Positions 9,977 to 19,565 of a stretch of DNA of 64,000 nucleotides are shown piece by piece. Position numbers and translations under genes: made by a program. Numbering within the stretch: position 1 is the stretch's first letter; every line of letters begins with the position of its first letter. The notes below the pieces were generated by a model. The model was not told the origin of the DNA. It saw only the letters and a program-made list of their open reading frames with translations, and made no database searches. Source of the DNA: Dehalococcoidia bacterium UBA1162 (GTDB lineage Bacteria; Chloroflexota; Dehalococcoidia; GIF9; UBA5629); assembly GCA_002311135.1 (NCBI GenBank), contig DBZK01000010.1:34755-98754 (forward strand), read 5' to 3'.

Positions 9977-10566
9977 GGTTGAAGCCTCTTCAAAATGGAA
10001 TCCAGCCTCCTGATGTCGTTGCTCAGGGTCCAGGCCAGCTCCTTGCCCGCCTTCACCAGGAACTCCTCGGGAGCAGGGTGCGTAAGGCTGGCATAGCGCA
10101 GGAAGGCGGCAATGACCTCGTCGGGCGCAACGGTCGACCGGCTTTCTATTATTAAATTGAGAAAATTCAAGGATTGGGTAAATTGCTTCACTTCCACAGG
10201 GCTGCAGGCATAGACGAAGGAATAGATCGATGCCGGCGATGGCGGAAGATACTGGTATATTGCCTTATCCGGGCTATGCCCGACGACCAGGACTTTGAAA
10301 TCAGAGCACAACAGTTTAGCCAGTTGAGGATTGGCCTTGAAAACGTCGGCCTCCGAAGCGGCCGCCTTTCCGCGGGCCGCAATCCGCCTGCCCGGCTCGA
10401 TGCTGTGCGTGGCCGAGGTATACACGATGCCGTATATCTGGCAGCCTTTGCCCTTGGTCCTGACCATGCTGCCCAGCGCCGGAACGCTGTCCAGGTCATA
10501 ACATTCAGCCAGAAATTCCGAATTGCTGGTTTCTATTACCTCGGCGATCTTCTGTTCTACAGCCAT
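9973..10566 (-). CDS. Uncharacterised 197-aa protein encoded between the NurA-like and HerA-like genes
   Basis: ATG at 10566-10564 (MAVEQKIAEVIE...). Its stop overlaps the HerA start (ATGA at 9973-9976) and its start overlaps the NurA-like stop by 10 nt. No recognisable motif. The ORF-track N-terminal extension to 10731 is probably not translated. Confidence 0.45.
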   Translation of the reverse strand: MAVEQKIAEVIETSNSEFLAECYDLDSVPALGSMVRTKGKGCQIYGIVYTSATHSIEPGRRIAARGKAAASEADVFKANPQLAKLLCSDFKVLVVGHSPDKAIYQYLPPSPASIYSFVYACSPVEVKQFTQSLNFLNLIIESRSTVAPDEVIAAFLRYASLTHPAPEEFLVKAGKELAWTLSNDIRRLDSILKRLQP

Positions 10567-11759
10567 TTTCTCTTCTTGCTCCTTTGCTTCAGGGAATGCT
10601 GGACTGCCAGACTGCCCTCCTGCATGACCCGATCCACCAGGTCCCAGAACTGCTGACGGTCGGCGCCGGTGACCACCGCCTGCTCGTGGGCTTCGCTCAA
10701 CGAAACCGGGTAACCGAAACCTTTGTGGCACTGGCCTACTATCACCGCATGTACAAGATCGAGCAGCTCTTTATTATCGGCTACCCAGAGCGGGACCTCG
10801 ACCCTGGCTACTTCCTCGTCCAGCTTTAGATAGAAAAAACATACCTGATGAACGCCATATCTTTCTATTATTGATGAACGGCTGCTGAATACCGCCGACC
10901 TCTCGCCGTCCGCCAGAATGCTGGAAAAGAGCGTCCGGTCGAGCAGCCCTCCCACGGCATCGCATTCCCGGCCTTCGAATTTCCCCTTGCAGAATTCGTT
11001 ATCGCAGTCAACAGGGTCGCGAGGACACAGTTGCAACCGCAGCGAGTTTATTACATCGGTGCTGCGTGGGAAGCTGATATAGCTGGCAATAGCCGCCTTC
11101 CTTTTCCGATTCAGTTCGTAAAAACGACCGAACTGCTTGATCAAACCGTCATCCAGCAACTGCTCGATGACAAAATCATCGTAGTGCTTCCCAACCAGCC
11201 CCCACATGATTAACGAGCCGTCTACCAGCCCGACCACAGGTAAATTGGTCTCATTGCAACACACCCGGTCAGCCAGGCTGCGGCATTCCTCCACCTCGCG
11301 TTTTATGCCTAATAGCGGCCCCTCGATGAGGGCTTGTCTGCCGTCCCTGGAGCGGATGGCCTGCATTTCGTCGCCAAAATAAAGGGTGGGCAGGCTCGAC
11401 AGCTCGGCATCGGGCTTGCTGCCGTACTGTAATTCAACCAGGCCTATATTGAGCAGAAAGAGCCGGGTGGATTGATGGCGGTCCACATCGATGTGCGACC
11501 CATCGCTGGCCGCAACCACGAAATCATCCGGGCATGGTGCCGCAGCCCTGTGCAGGCTCACATCCTCTTCCAGGCCGGCCACTAGCCAGGTGGCCCTGGC
11601 ATCCTCGATCTTCTTCTTTAACCTGTCCTGTTGGGGCGGTATGGATTTTAAGGTAGTCAGCGCCAGCTCTAATTTTTGGGCGTAGTCAGACTGATGCGAT
11701 TTTAAATCCCCCGCCATAGCCTCGATCTGACTGTAAACCTGCGTGATATCAAGCGTCAT
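10557..11759 (-). CDS. NurA-like 5'-3' nuclease (RNase H-like fold) domain protein
   Basis: The FVVAASDGSHIDVDRH motif resembles the NurA motif-I aspartate (xDGS). The gene sits immediately upstream of HerA, as in archaeal and Deinococcus nurA-herA operons. The ORF-track start is a TTG, and the ATG at 11759 (MTLDITQVY) is more plausible. Confidence 0.5.
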   Translation of the reverse strand: MTLDITQVYSQIEAMAGDLKSHQSDYAQKLELALTTLKSIPPQQDRLKKKIEDARATWLVAGLEEDVSLHRAAAPCPDDFVVAASDGSHIDVDRHQSTRLFLLNIGLVELQYGSKPDAELSSLPTLYFGDEMQAIRSRDGRQALIEGPLLGIKREVEECRSLADRVCCNETNLPVVGLVDGSLIMWGLVGKHYDDFVIEQLLDDGLIKQFGRFYELNRKRKAAIASYISFPRSTDVINSLRLQLCPRDPVDCDNEFCKGKFEGRECDAVGGLLDRTLFSSILADGERSAVFSSRSSIIERYGVHQVCFFYLKLDEEVARVEVPLWVADNKELLDLVHAVIVGQCHKGFGYPVSLSEAHEQAVVTGADRQQFWDLVDRVMQEGSLAVQHSLKQRSKKRKWL

Positions 11760-11895
11760 GGTTGTTGGAAGACTTAGTATAGCACGGCGTCCATAGGCTA
11801 ACAATTACATCGCAAAGTGCCGGCCTTTGCCCTGCTGCGATTGCGGTGCTATCATTTAGGTGACTCCCCACTCCCAGAAAGAAGGCCCGATCAGC

Positions 11896-12933
11896 ATGTC
11901 TACCGGCTTTGTAAATGATGAAATCTACCTTGAGCATGATACCAGGGACCATGTAGAAGGCAAAGACCGCCTGACTGCTATCAATACCATCCTAGAGAAG
12001 ACCAAAATCAAAGACCAGCTTGTGCCGATCTCTGCACGCGCTGCCACGATGGATGAAATAGCCACCACCCATGACCGTGATTATATGCGGACACTTAAAG
12101 CCGAGGTAGACGGGGGAGGAGGCTGGCTTGACCCCGATACCTACGCATCCCCAAAGTCGTGGGATGCCGCCCTCTTCGCTGCCGGCGGCTTGATGAACGC
12201 AGTCGATGTGGTGATGAACAAGAAATGCGACAACGCCTTTGCGCTGGTGAGGCCCCCCGGCCACCATGCCACCCGGCAACATCAAATGGGGTTTTGCCTT
12301 TTCAACAACGTTGCCGTGGCGGCCAGGTTCGCACTGGCCAACTACGATATCAAACGGGTGCTGATCGTCGATTTCGACGTCCATCACGGCAACGGCACGC
12401 AGGACTCATTCTACACGGATTCACAGGTGCTTTATTTTTCCACTCACGAATATCCCTGGTACCCGTTTACCGGCCGTGCCGATGAGACCGGCGCCAGGGG
12501 AGGGGAGGGTTACAACGTCAACGTGCCAATGGAAGCCGATTCGGGAGACCATGAGTATTTGCGCGCCTTCAACGAGGTGCTGGTGCCTGTAGCCGAGCGC
12601 TACGGTCCCGACCTGGTGCTGGTATCGGCGGGCTACGACGCCCACTGGAAGGACGATATCTCCAACATCAACCTGACCACCACCGGCTTTGCACGGCTGG
12701 CCAAGATAATCAAGGGCATATCGGATAAATGCTGCCCCAACAGGCTGGTATTTACGCTGGAAGGCGGCTATAACCGCGCCGCCCTGGCCTACTCAGTGGC
12801 GGCCACCTTCGAGGTGCTTATGGGCCACAGTGAAGTGATAGACCCCTTCGGCGAGCCTCCCATGGCCTTTACATCGGGCGAGCTTGACAGCTTCATCAAG
12901 ATGGTGCGCCGCATTCACCGGCTGCAGGGCTAA
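11896..12933 (+). CDS. Histone deacetylase-family (arginase/deacetylase superfamily) amidohydrolase, AcuC/Aph-like
   Basis: Classical HDAC motifs RPPGHHA, DFDVHHGNGTQ and EGGY. The ATG at 11896 is preferred over the GTG at 11860. Confidence 0.75.
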   Translation: MSTGFVNDEIYLEHDTRDHVEGKDRLTAINTILEKTKIKDQLVPISARAATMDEIATTHDRDYMRTLKAEVDGGGGWLDPDTYASPKSWDAALFAAGGLMNAVDVVMNKKCDNAFALVRPPGHHATRQHQMGFCLFNNVAVAARFALANYDIKRVLIVDFDVHHGNGTQDSFYTDSQVLYFSTHEYPWYPFTGRADETGARGGEGYNVNVPMEADSGDHEYLRAFNEVLVPVAERYGPDLVLVSAGYDAHWKDDISNINLTTTGFARLAKIIKGISDKCCPNRLVFTLEGGYNRAALAYSVAATFEVLMGHSEVIDPFGEPPMAFTSGELDSFIKMVRRIHRLQG

Positions 12934-12953
12934 GCCAGTTTAATTAAAGGCAT

Positions 12954-12987
12954 AAAAAAAGCGGGGCTTTCGCCCCGCTTTTTATTT
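12954..12987. terminator. Bidirectional rho-independent terminator between the HDAC-like gene and secF
   Basis: Stem GCGGGG (12961-12966) pairs with CCCCGC (12973-12978), loop CTTTCG, flanked by an A-run upstream and a T-run downstream. Confidence 0.6.
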
Positions 12988-13003
12988 TCAATAACGTTTA
13001 AGC

Positions 13004-13927
13004 TCAGGCTGCGGTGGGCGCCGCCTGCGGCTTGGATTTAGGCTCGGATTTGGCCAGGCCCCTGTCCCACAGGACCAGCAGCGGGCCTGCGATGCAGATG
13101 GAGTTGTAAGTGCCTGCAATCACGCCCAGCAGCAGGGCCAGCATGAACTCACGTATAGTAGTACCGCCGAACAGATAGATCGCCAGCACAACCAGGGCAA
13201 CGGTGAGGCTGGTGTTGACACAGCGGGCTATGGTCTCAAGGATGCTGGCATTGACCGTAACTGCAAAGTCCTTGCTGATGCCTCTGCCGAAATTTTCACG
13301 GATGCGGTCGAAGACCACGATGGTATTGTGCATGCTGTAGCCAACCACCGTCAGCATGGCCGTGATAAACATGGAATCAACCTGCACCCCGGCCGCCCAC
13401 CCCAGGATCGAGAAAATACCCAGTACGATCAACACGTCGTGCAGCAGCGAGATAACTGCGCATGTACCCCACCGGAAGGGATTGGGGACCCTGCGGAAGG
13501 CCCATGCAACGTAGAGCAGCATGAATAACGAGGTAACTATTATAGCTATACCGGCATTCCGTGCCACCTCACCTGCTACCAGCGGCGAAACCGTTTCAAA
13601 GTCGCGGATCGTAACATTATCTGTCATGTCTTTGTTAAGTCCGCTTATAAGCGAATTTTTTTCGTCCGTGCTAATTTCCCTGACACGGATGAGGTAATCG
13701 CCGGTACCCGTCTTCTGAATTGACGCTTCGGAGAACCCCAGGTTGGACATCTCCTGCCTCAATTTGCTCTGATCTACGGTGGTGTTGAATTGCAGCGTCA
13801 TGGTAGTACCGCTGCTGAAGTCAATGCCCAGATTGAGCTGGCGAACAGCCAGGGATATGATCCCGGGGATGATAATTATCAGAGAGATCAGGAAAAACCA
13901 GTTTCGTTTTCCGACAATGTCTATCAT
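13004..13927 (-). CDS. secF: Protein translocase subunit SecF
   Basis: 307 aa multi-TM protein with SecF-like sequence, directly downstream of secD and overlapping it by 4 nt. Confidence 0.85.
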   Translation of the reverse strand: MIDIVGKRNWFFLISLIIIIPGIISLAVRQLNLGIDFSSGTTMTLQFNTTVDQSKLRQEMSNLGFSEASIQKTGTGDYLIRVREISTDEKNSLISGLNKDMTDNVTIRDFETVSPLVAGEVARNAGIAIIVTSLFMLLYVAWAFRRVPNPFRWGTCAVISLLHDVLIVLGIFSILGWAAGVQVDSMFITAMLTVVGYSMHNTIVVFDRIRENFGRGISKDFAVTVNASILETIARCVNTSLTVALVVLAIYLFGGTTIREFMLALLLGVIAGTYNSICIAGPLLVLWDRGLAKSEPKSKPQAAPTAA

Positions 13928-15243
13928 ATTTTGACTCCGTAAAACCAGGGATTTTTGACGATCCTGATGACCAGCATCAGGAATATCCTGCTGATGGTGA
14001 TGGCCGAGAACATGCTCAGCGCCACACCGATGAACAGCGTCAGGGCAAAGCCTTTCACCAGGAAAGCACCCTGCGTATCTCCAAACCAGTAGAGCACGGC
14101 ACAGGCTATGAACGAGTTGACGTTGCTATCTCTTATGGCGGGCCATGCACGGCTGAACCCGGCATCTATGGCCGCACCCAGCGTGCGCCCCCCCCGCAAC
14201 TCCTCTTTCATGCGCTCGAAAATTAGTATATTGGCATCCACCGCCATACCCACCGATACCACGGCGGCCGCTACACCTGCCAGCGTAAGAGTAACCGGAA
14301 CCAGTTTGAAAATCGTGAGCAGTAAAACGCTGTAAATAGCCAGCGCACACACGGCCACCAGGCCGGAGCCGCGATAGTATAGCAGCATGAAGAGAACTAT
14401 CAGCGAGATGCCGATGGCGCCGGCGACGATGCTCTTGCGGATCGAATCCGCACCGAGTGTGGCATCCACGGTCTGCTCCTGGATAACCGTCAGCGGCACA
14501 TCGAGTGAGCCTGAGTTCAGCTCGATCGACAGGTCCTGCGCCTCTTTGAGGGTCAACCCCTCTATAACGCCGCTGCCCTGTATTACGCCGTTGACAGTGG
14601 GGTCTGAAATCATCTGGTTATCCAGGAAAATGCCCAGAGGCTTATGCAGGTTTCGCTGTGTGATCTGCTCGAATAACTTGGCGCCCTCGTCGTTCCATTC
14701 GAAGGCAACCTGGGGCTCATTGGTATTGGGCGCGAGAACAACCTTGGCGTTGGGTTTAAGGTATTTGCCGGTCAACACCTCCTGCTGCCCGTTGCTGCCG
14801 GTGGCCGCGGCTACAGTCCATATAGTCTGGCCATTGGCATCCTTGGTAGGTTGCCCGCTGGAATCGCTGGTAGTTTCTTTGAATTCCAGCTGTGCGACCT
14901 GGCCGATCAGTGTCTTGGCCTCATCGATATTCTTCTCCCCGGGCAGCTGTACCAGGATGCGGTCTTCACCCTGCTGCTGAATGACAGGTTCCTTAACGCC
15001 GAAGGTATTGGCGCGCCGTTCGATCTTGCTAATAACGCTGGTCATGACCTGGGCGTTAGTTTGAGACGGGTCCTTCTTGGATAGGTCGGCCTGGTAGACA
15101 AGGTATGATCCACCGTTGAGGTCGAGGCCCAGTGTCAGCCCCTGCCGCCCGAACCTGTCGCTATCCAGCGGTATTACGGTCCACAGGCCGAATATAAATA
15201 TGGCCAGGATAAATACCAGTAGCCAGATGTTAGTCGTTTTCAA
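13924..15243 (-). CDS. secD: Protein translocase subunit SecD
   Basis: 439 aa with an N-terminal TM, a periplasmic domain and a C-terminal 6-TM SecD/F domain. Confidence 0.85.
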   Translation of the reverse strand: MKTTNIWLLVFILAIFIFGLWTVIPLDSDRFGRQGLTLGLDLNGGSYLVYQADLSKKDPSQTNAQVMTSVISKIERRANTFGVKEPVIQQQGEDRILVQLPGEKNIDEAKTLIGQVAQLEFKETTSDSSGQPTKDANGQTIWTVAAATGSNGQQEVLTGKYLKPNAKVVLAPNTNEPQVAFEWNDEGAKLFEQITQRNLHKPLGIFLDNQMISDPTVNGVIQGSGVIEGLTLKEAQDLSIELNSGSLDVPLTVIQEQTVDATLGADSIRKSIVAGAIGISLIVLFMLLYYRGSGLVAVCALAIYSVLLLTIFKLVPVTLTLAGVAAAVVSVGMAVDANILIFERMKEELRGGRTLGAAIDAGFSRAWPAIRDSNVNSFIACAVLYWFGDTQGAFLVKGFALTLFIGVALSMFSAITISRIFLMLVIRIVKNPWFYGVKI

Positions 15244-15300
15244 TTATCTATTCTCCCTCCTAAGTTTCGTTCACAAAGCGGCCCGGTGTGGCTTTCCTAT

Positions 15301-16779
15301 TCAGGCAGCACAACAGGAGCCCCGATCAAGTTCTTTTTTTATGTATATCAGCGCTTCCTCCTTTGTTCGTATCTCTCCGGCCGCCTGGGCCTCCCTGACC
15401 ATGATCAGCAGCTTGCCTATGGTTTTTCCCGGGCTCAATTTGAACTCCCGCATCAGGTCTATTCCGCTTATGAGCCTGACGGGCATTATCTCGCTCTCCT
15501 GCTGATTATGAACATCCATTATATACTTGACCTGCTCAATATGCATATGCCACTCGTCAACATCCACCCGCGGCCCGGCGACAGCCAGGTAATCCGCCAG
15601 CGCCAGGAAGATAACATCGATGCCGGCGCCCTCGGTATCCCTGAAGTAGCGGTAGACCGCTTTGTGCGAGGGCAGCCCCTCGTTGGACATCTGCGCCGGG
15701 TGCAGGTGGTGATAGACCAGCTTCTCGATGTAGCGTATCTCGCGGTTGCTGAACCTCAAACGTTCCAGTATCAAGCCGGCCATAGCCGCCCCCTCCCTGG
15801 TATGCCCCAGGAACCTGATCCGGCCGTCCTCGACGGTTTTGGTCTTGGGCTTGGCTATATCATGCAGCAGCAGTCCCAGTTTTATCAGCGTCCTGCGTTT
15901 GCTGCCGCCGGCTATTTCCTCGTTAAAATGCTCGTCGATCTCATCCGACCAGGGCAGCATGGCTAGCAGCTCCCGGCTGCCGTATACCCAGTCGCTCTGC
16001 CTTAATATAAACTCCAGTGCGGCAATGGCCTCGATGGAATGGTCGAAAACATCCCAGTAATGCTCTTTGGGCTGCCCCACGCCCTTGAGGCTTTCCAGCT
16101 CGGGGATTATTTTGCACAGCAATCCGAAATCATCCAGGGAACGCAGGGAGTTCCCGGCATAAGGCAGCGCCAGTATCTTGAGCAACTCCTCCCTGACCTT
16201 TTCACTGGCCACCTTGCGCACCAGCCTGCAGTTGCGGCGCATGGTATCTTCGGTGATAGGCTCGATCTCAAGGTTCAGCTCCCGGGCCAGCCTGACGGCG
16301 CGCATAAGCCGTGAGGGGTCACGGTGGAAGACCATATCGCTGACCTGCCTGAGCAGGCCCTTCTTCAAGTCCTCTTCTCCGCCGGCGGGGTCCAGCAGCT
16401 TGACATCGCCTGACACGAAGGCCTCCAGGTCGAGCGCCATGGCATTCACGGTGAAATCCCGCCTCAGCAGGTCACGGTCGATATTGCCGGCAAAGGATGT
16501 TATGTCGATCTGCCAGGACTGGTCATCGCCGGCCACCACGATGCGGCCGACCTTGTTCTCTTCGTCCAGCATAACGTAGCTGCCGTCGACCAGCTCGGCC
16601 GCTTCCTGTGCAACTGCCAGCGAATCTCCGCTGACGGCTATATCCAGGTCGGTGGTATCCCGACCGACCAGCCAGTCGCGCACAAAACCGCCTACCAGGT
16701 AGGCTTTACATTCAGGAGAGGCGCATACCGGGGAAAGCCTGGTAAGGATCCCCATCAAATCCTCATCGATTTCGAACAC
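15301..16779 (-). CDS. cca: CCA-adding tRNA nucleotidyltransferase / poly(A) polymerase family with HD domain
   Basis: The N-terminal pol-beta nucleotidyltransferase motif (GGFVRDWLVGRDTTDLDIAV) and a C-terminal HD domain (LLHDIAKP). Confidence 0.8.
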   Translation of the reverse strand: MFEIDEDLMGILTRLSPVCASPECKAYLVGGFVRDWLVGRDTTDLDIAVSGDSLAVAQEAAELVDGSYVMLDEENKVGRIVVAGDDQSWQIDITSFAGNIDRDLLRRDFTVNAMALDLEAFVSGDVKLLDPAGGEEDLKKGLLRQVSDMVFHRDPSRLMRAVRLARELNLEIEPITEDTMRRNCRLVRKVASEKVREELLKILALPYAGNSLRSLDDFGLLCKIIPELESLKGVGQPKEHYWDVFDHSIEAIAALEFILRQSDWVYGSRELLAMLPWSDEIDEHFNEEIAGGSKRRTLIKLGLLLHDIAKPKTKTVEDGRIRFLGHTREGAAMAGLILERLRFSNREIRYIEKLVYHHLHPAQMSNEGLPSHKAVYRYFRDTEGAGIDVIFLALADYLAVAGPRVDVDEWHMHIEQVKYIMDVHNQQESEIMPVRLISGIDLMREFKLSPGKTIGKLLIMVREAQAAGEIRTKEEALIYIKKELDRGSCCAA

Positions 16780-16959
16780 AAGCTAAGATTATAGACTTGC
16801 CGCTCGTGGTTGTAAAGTATTTTCACACCGTTACAAAGGGAGCTAAAGGCACAGGCTGCGAATGCATAAATAGAGCTTATGATATCCGCTACAGCGGTTT
16901 TACGCGGCAGCATCAATAGAGGCCAAACGGCTGCATGCCTATGATATAATCTAGCCGTT

Positions 16960-18072
16960 ATGCAGTATAAACGCATCGTCATTAAGCTGGGCACCAACCT
17001 GCTGACAGGGGGCGGCTCCCGTCTGGATACTAAAAAGATGGATGACCTGGTGCGGCAGATTGCGGAGCTCCACCGCCAGGGCCACGAGATAATCCTGGTC
17101 TCATCCGGCGCGGTGGCGGCCGGCCGCGAAAAACTGGGGATCGCCAACAAGATTAAGGATATCCCCTTCAAACAGGTCATGGCTTCCGTAGGACAAAACC
17201 GGCTGATGCATATCTATGACGAGCTTTTTTCCGCCTTCGGCATCAATGTGGCCCAGGCTTTGCTGACACGGACCGATTTAAGCGACCGAGCGCAGTATTT
17301 GAACGCCCGCAATACCCTGCTGGCCCTGATAGACCTCAGGGTGATCTGCATCATCAATGAAAACGACGTTGTCTGCACCGACGAGCTGGGCGAGCTTAAA
17401 TTCGGCGATAATGATAACCTGTCGGCCATGGTTTCCAACCTGGTCGACGCCGACCTGCTGATGCTTCTTTCGGATGTAAAGGGGCTGTATTCAGCCGACC
17501 CCCAGCATGACTCTAACGCCAGCCTTATACCTATGGTTGATAAAATAGATGAGAAGATTGAGGAGATGGCCGGCGGCGCCGGCAGTTCGCACGGCACGGG
17601 CGGCATGGTGACCAAGCTGGAGGCGGCCAAACTGGCTACCTCATCCGGGGTCCCTGTCATCATCACCGACGGTTCGCAGCCCGATATAATAGCCGGTGCA
17701 GCCTCGGGAAAAAGCGTGGGCACTTTCTTCAAGGCCCGCAGCAGCAAGATCGAGAGCAGGAAGCGCTGGCTGCTATCAGGTCTTGGCTGCACGGGCAGGT
17801 TGACCATCGATAAGGGAGCGGTAACCGCCCTGCGCAAACAGAACGGCAGCCTGCTACCCACCGGCATCGTGCAGGTGGAAGGCGTATTTAACCGCGGCGA
17901 TGTCATCGATATATTTGATAGCGGAGGCAGCCAAGTTGGCAGCGGCATCACCAATTACAGCTCGGACGAGCTGGGACGCATCAAAGGCCTTCAGTCGAGC
18001 GAGATAACCAACATTTTGGGCTACGAGTACGGCGACGAGGCGGTTCACCGCAATAACCTGGTGCTGATTTAA
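16960..18072 (+). CDS. proB: Glutamate 5-kinase with C-terminal PUA domain
   Basis: 370 aa amino-acid-kinase fold (VIKLGTNLLT, SSGAVAAG) plus a PUA domain. Confidence 0.9.
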   Translation: MQYKRIVIKLGTNLLTGGGSRLDTKKMDDLVRQIAELHRQGHEIILVSSGAVAAGREKLGIANKIKDIPFKQVMASVGQNRLMHIYDELFSAFGINVAQALLTRTDLSDRAQYLNARNTLLALIDLRVICIINENDVVCTDELGELKFGDNDNLSAMVSNLVDADLLMLLSDVKGLYSADPQHDSNASLIPMVDKIDEKIEEMAGGAGSSHGTGGMVTKLEAAKLATSSGVPVIITDGSQPDIIAGAASGKSVGTFFKARSSKIESRKRWLLSGLGCTGRLTIDKGAVTALRKQNGSLLPTGIVQVEGVFNRGDVIDIFDSGGSQVGSGITNYSSDELGRIKGLQSSEITNILGYEYGDEAVHRNNLVLI

Positions 18073-18104
18073 ATATAAGGACGGGAAATCAAGGGGGATA
18101 TTGA

Positions 18105-19379
18105 ATGCAGGCAGATATCAATGAACTGGTGGGAAAAGCCAAACAGGCCAAAGCTGCTTCTAAAAAGCTGGCCTTCACTCCCACCAAAATAAAAAATGAT
18201 GCACTGGCAGCCATATCTCAAGCCCTGCTGGACCGGGAAGATATGATCTTACATGACAACCAGAAAGACTATAAAGAGGCCGAGGCTTCGGGCATGAGCG
18301 AAGCCATGCTCGACCGCCTGATGCTCAACTCCGGCCGGCTCAAGGGCATATCCGACGACGTGAAGACCGTTGCCGCTTTGCCCGATCCAGTGGGTGAGGT
18401 CATCGAAGAGCGCACCCTGCCCAACGGCCTTCTGCTGAGCAAGCGCCGCGTGCCCTTGGGCGTGATCGGCGCCATCTACGAGAGCAGGCCCAATGTTACC
18501 GTGGATATTTCTGTGCTGTGCCTCAAAGCAGGCAACACTGTCATACTGCGCGGCGGCAAGGAGGCCTACCGCTCCAACCTGGCGCTGGCCAGCACCGTCC
18601 AGGAAGCTGCTTACAAAGCGGGCATACCCGTTGGGTCCGTTCAGTTTATCGAGTCCACCGACCGCAGCCTGGTCGACTATATGCTCAAGCTGAAGGACAG
18701 CATCGACCTGATGATACCCCGCGGCGGCGCGGCGCTGATTAAATCCGTGAAGGATAACGCTGCCATGGCCGTGGTGGCGGGCGGCATAGGCGTCTGCCAT
18801 GCCTACGTGGATAAAACCGCCGACATCGCTAAAGCGGTGGCCATCACATACAACGCCAAGGTGCAGCGCCCCACGGTCTGCAACGCGCTGGACTGCGTGC
18901 TGGTTCACAAGGACATCGCCACCGCTTTCCTGCCCCTGATGGCGAAGGAATGGGACAAGGCAGGCGTGGAGATGCACTGCGACCAGCGCTCACTGGAAAT
19001 ACTAAAATCCATTCACGGATTAAATGTTCATCCTGCTGTAGAAGATGACTGGGGCAAGGAGTTCCTGGCCCTGGTGGGAGCCATAAAGGTGGTCGGCTCT
19101 CTCGACGAGGCGCTGGAGCACATCGACCGCTACGGCTCCGGCCATTCCGAGGCCATCATCAGCGAGGACTCGGCTTCGATCGACCGCTTCTTGAATGAGG
19201 TGGACACTGCCTGCGTTTACGCCAACGCCAGCACCCGTTTCACCGACGGCGGCCAGTTCGGTATGGGCGCCGAAATAGGGATAAGTACACAGAAATTCCA
19301 TGCCCGCGGGCCGATGGCCTTACGTGAGATCACAAGTTACAAATGGTGTATTCGGGGTAACGGACAGATCAGGCCGTAG
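18105..19379 (+). CDS. proA: Gamma-glutamyl phosphate reductase
   Basis: 424 aa aldehyde-dehydrogenase-family protein immediately after proB, with ProA-like sequence (VCNALDCVLVH). Confidence 0.9.
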   Translation: MQADINELVGKAKQAKAASKKLAFTPTKIKNDALAAISQALLDREDMILHDNQKDYKEAEASGMSEAMLDRLMLNSGRLKGISDDVKTVAALPDPVGEVIEERTLPNGLLLSKRRVPLGVIGAIYESRPNVTVDISVLCLKAGNTVILRGGKEAYRSNLALASTVQEAAYKAGIPVGSVQFIESTDRSLVDYMLKLKDSIDLMIPRGGAALIKSVKDNAAMAVVAGGIGVCHAYVDKTADIAKAVAITYNAKVQRPTVCNALDCVLVHKDIATAFLPLMAKEWDKAGVEMHCDQRSLEILKSIHGLNVHPAVEDDWGKEFLALVGAIKVVGSLDEALEHIDRYGSGHSEAIISEDSASIDRFLNEVDTACVYANASTRFTDGGQFGMGAEIGISTQKFHARGPMALREITSYKWCIRGNGQIRP

Positions 19380-19402
19380 ACGACGAAACTCTATATGCTT
19401 AT

Positions 19403-19498
19403 GTCATTGCGAGCGAAGCGAAGCAATCCTTTTAACGAAGGAAGATGGCTTGAACTAATGCCAAGGGATTGCCACGGCACTACGTGCCTCGCAATGAC
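19403..19498. repeat. Palindromic intergenic repeat, GTCATTGCGAG-armed family (copy 1)
   Basis: Forward arm GTCATTGCGAGCGAAGCGAAGCAATCC (19403-19429) and reverse arm GGGATTGCCACGGCACTACGTGCCTCGCAATGAC (19465-19498), separated by a spacer that is itself about 80% identical to the copy at 20581-20679. Confidence 0.65.
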
Positions 19499-19507
19499 CT
19501 AATATAT

Positions 19508-19565
19508 AGAATTTTGAATTTAGAACTTTTTTAGAGCTTAGAGTTTGGTCTTTAGAGTTTTAAGC
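19508..19565. repeat. TTTAGAGCTT/TTGGAATT-type low-complexity intergenic repeat (copy 1)
   Basis: GAATTTTGAATTTAGAACTTTTTTAGAGCTTAGAGTTTGGTCTTTAGAGTTTTAAG. Related copies at 20725-20760, 35293-35344, 35412-35435, 39555-39640 and 42980-43112. Confidence 0.55.

Noticed and set aside
9973-10731. Long form (252 aa) of the middle ORF in the NurA/HerA operon, starting 175 nt inside the NurA-like gene
   Set aside because: The N-terminal 55 codons are Gly/Arg/Pro-rich and overlap the NurA-like C-terminus. The ATG at 10566 gives a clean 10-nt coupling overlap instead.
17214-17954. 246-aa ORF antisense to proB (and similar long antisense ORFs: 18249..18977 in proA, 25043..26005 and 25165..25719 in ftsK, 3315..3851 and 3620..4216 in prfB, 14387..14980 in secD, 15286..15966 in cca, 23352..24005 in rnj)
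   Set aside because: They sit entirely inside well-supported conserved genes on the opposite strand. Their translations are low-complexity (Ser/Pro/Ala/Arg-rich) without motifs, which is typical of GC-rich antisense frames.
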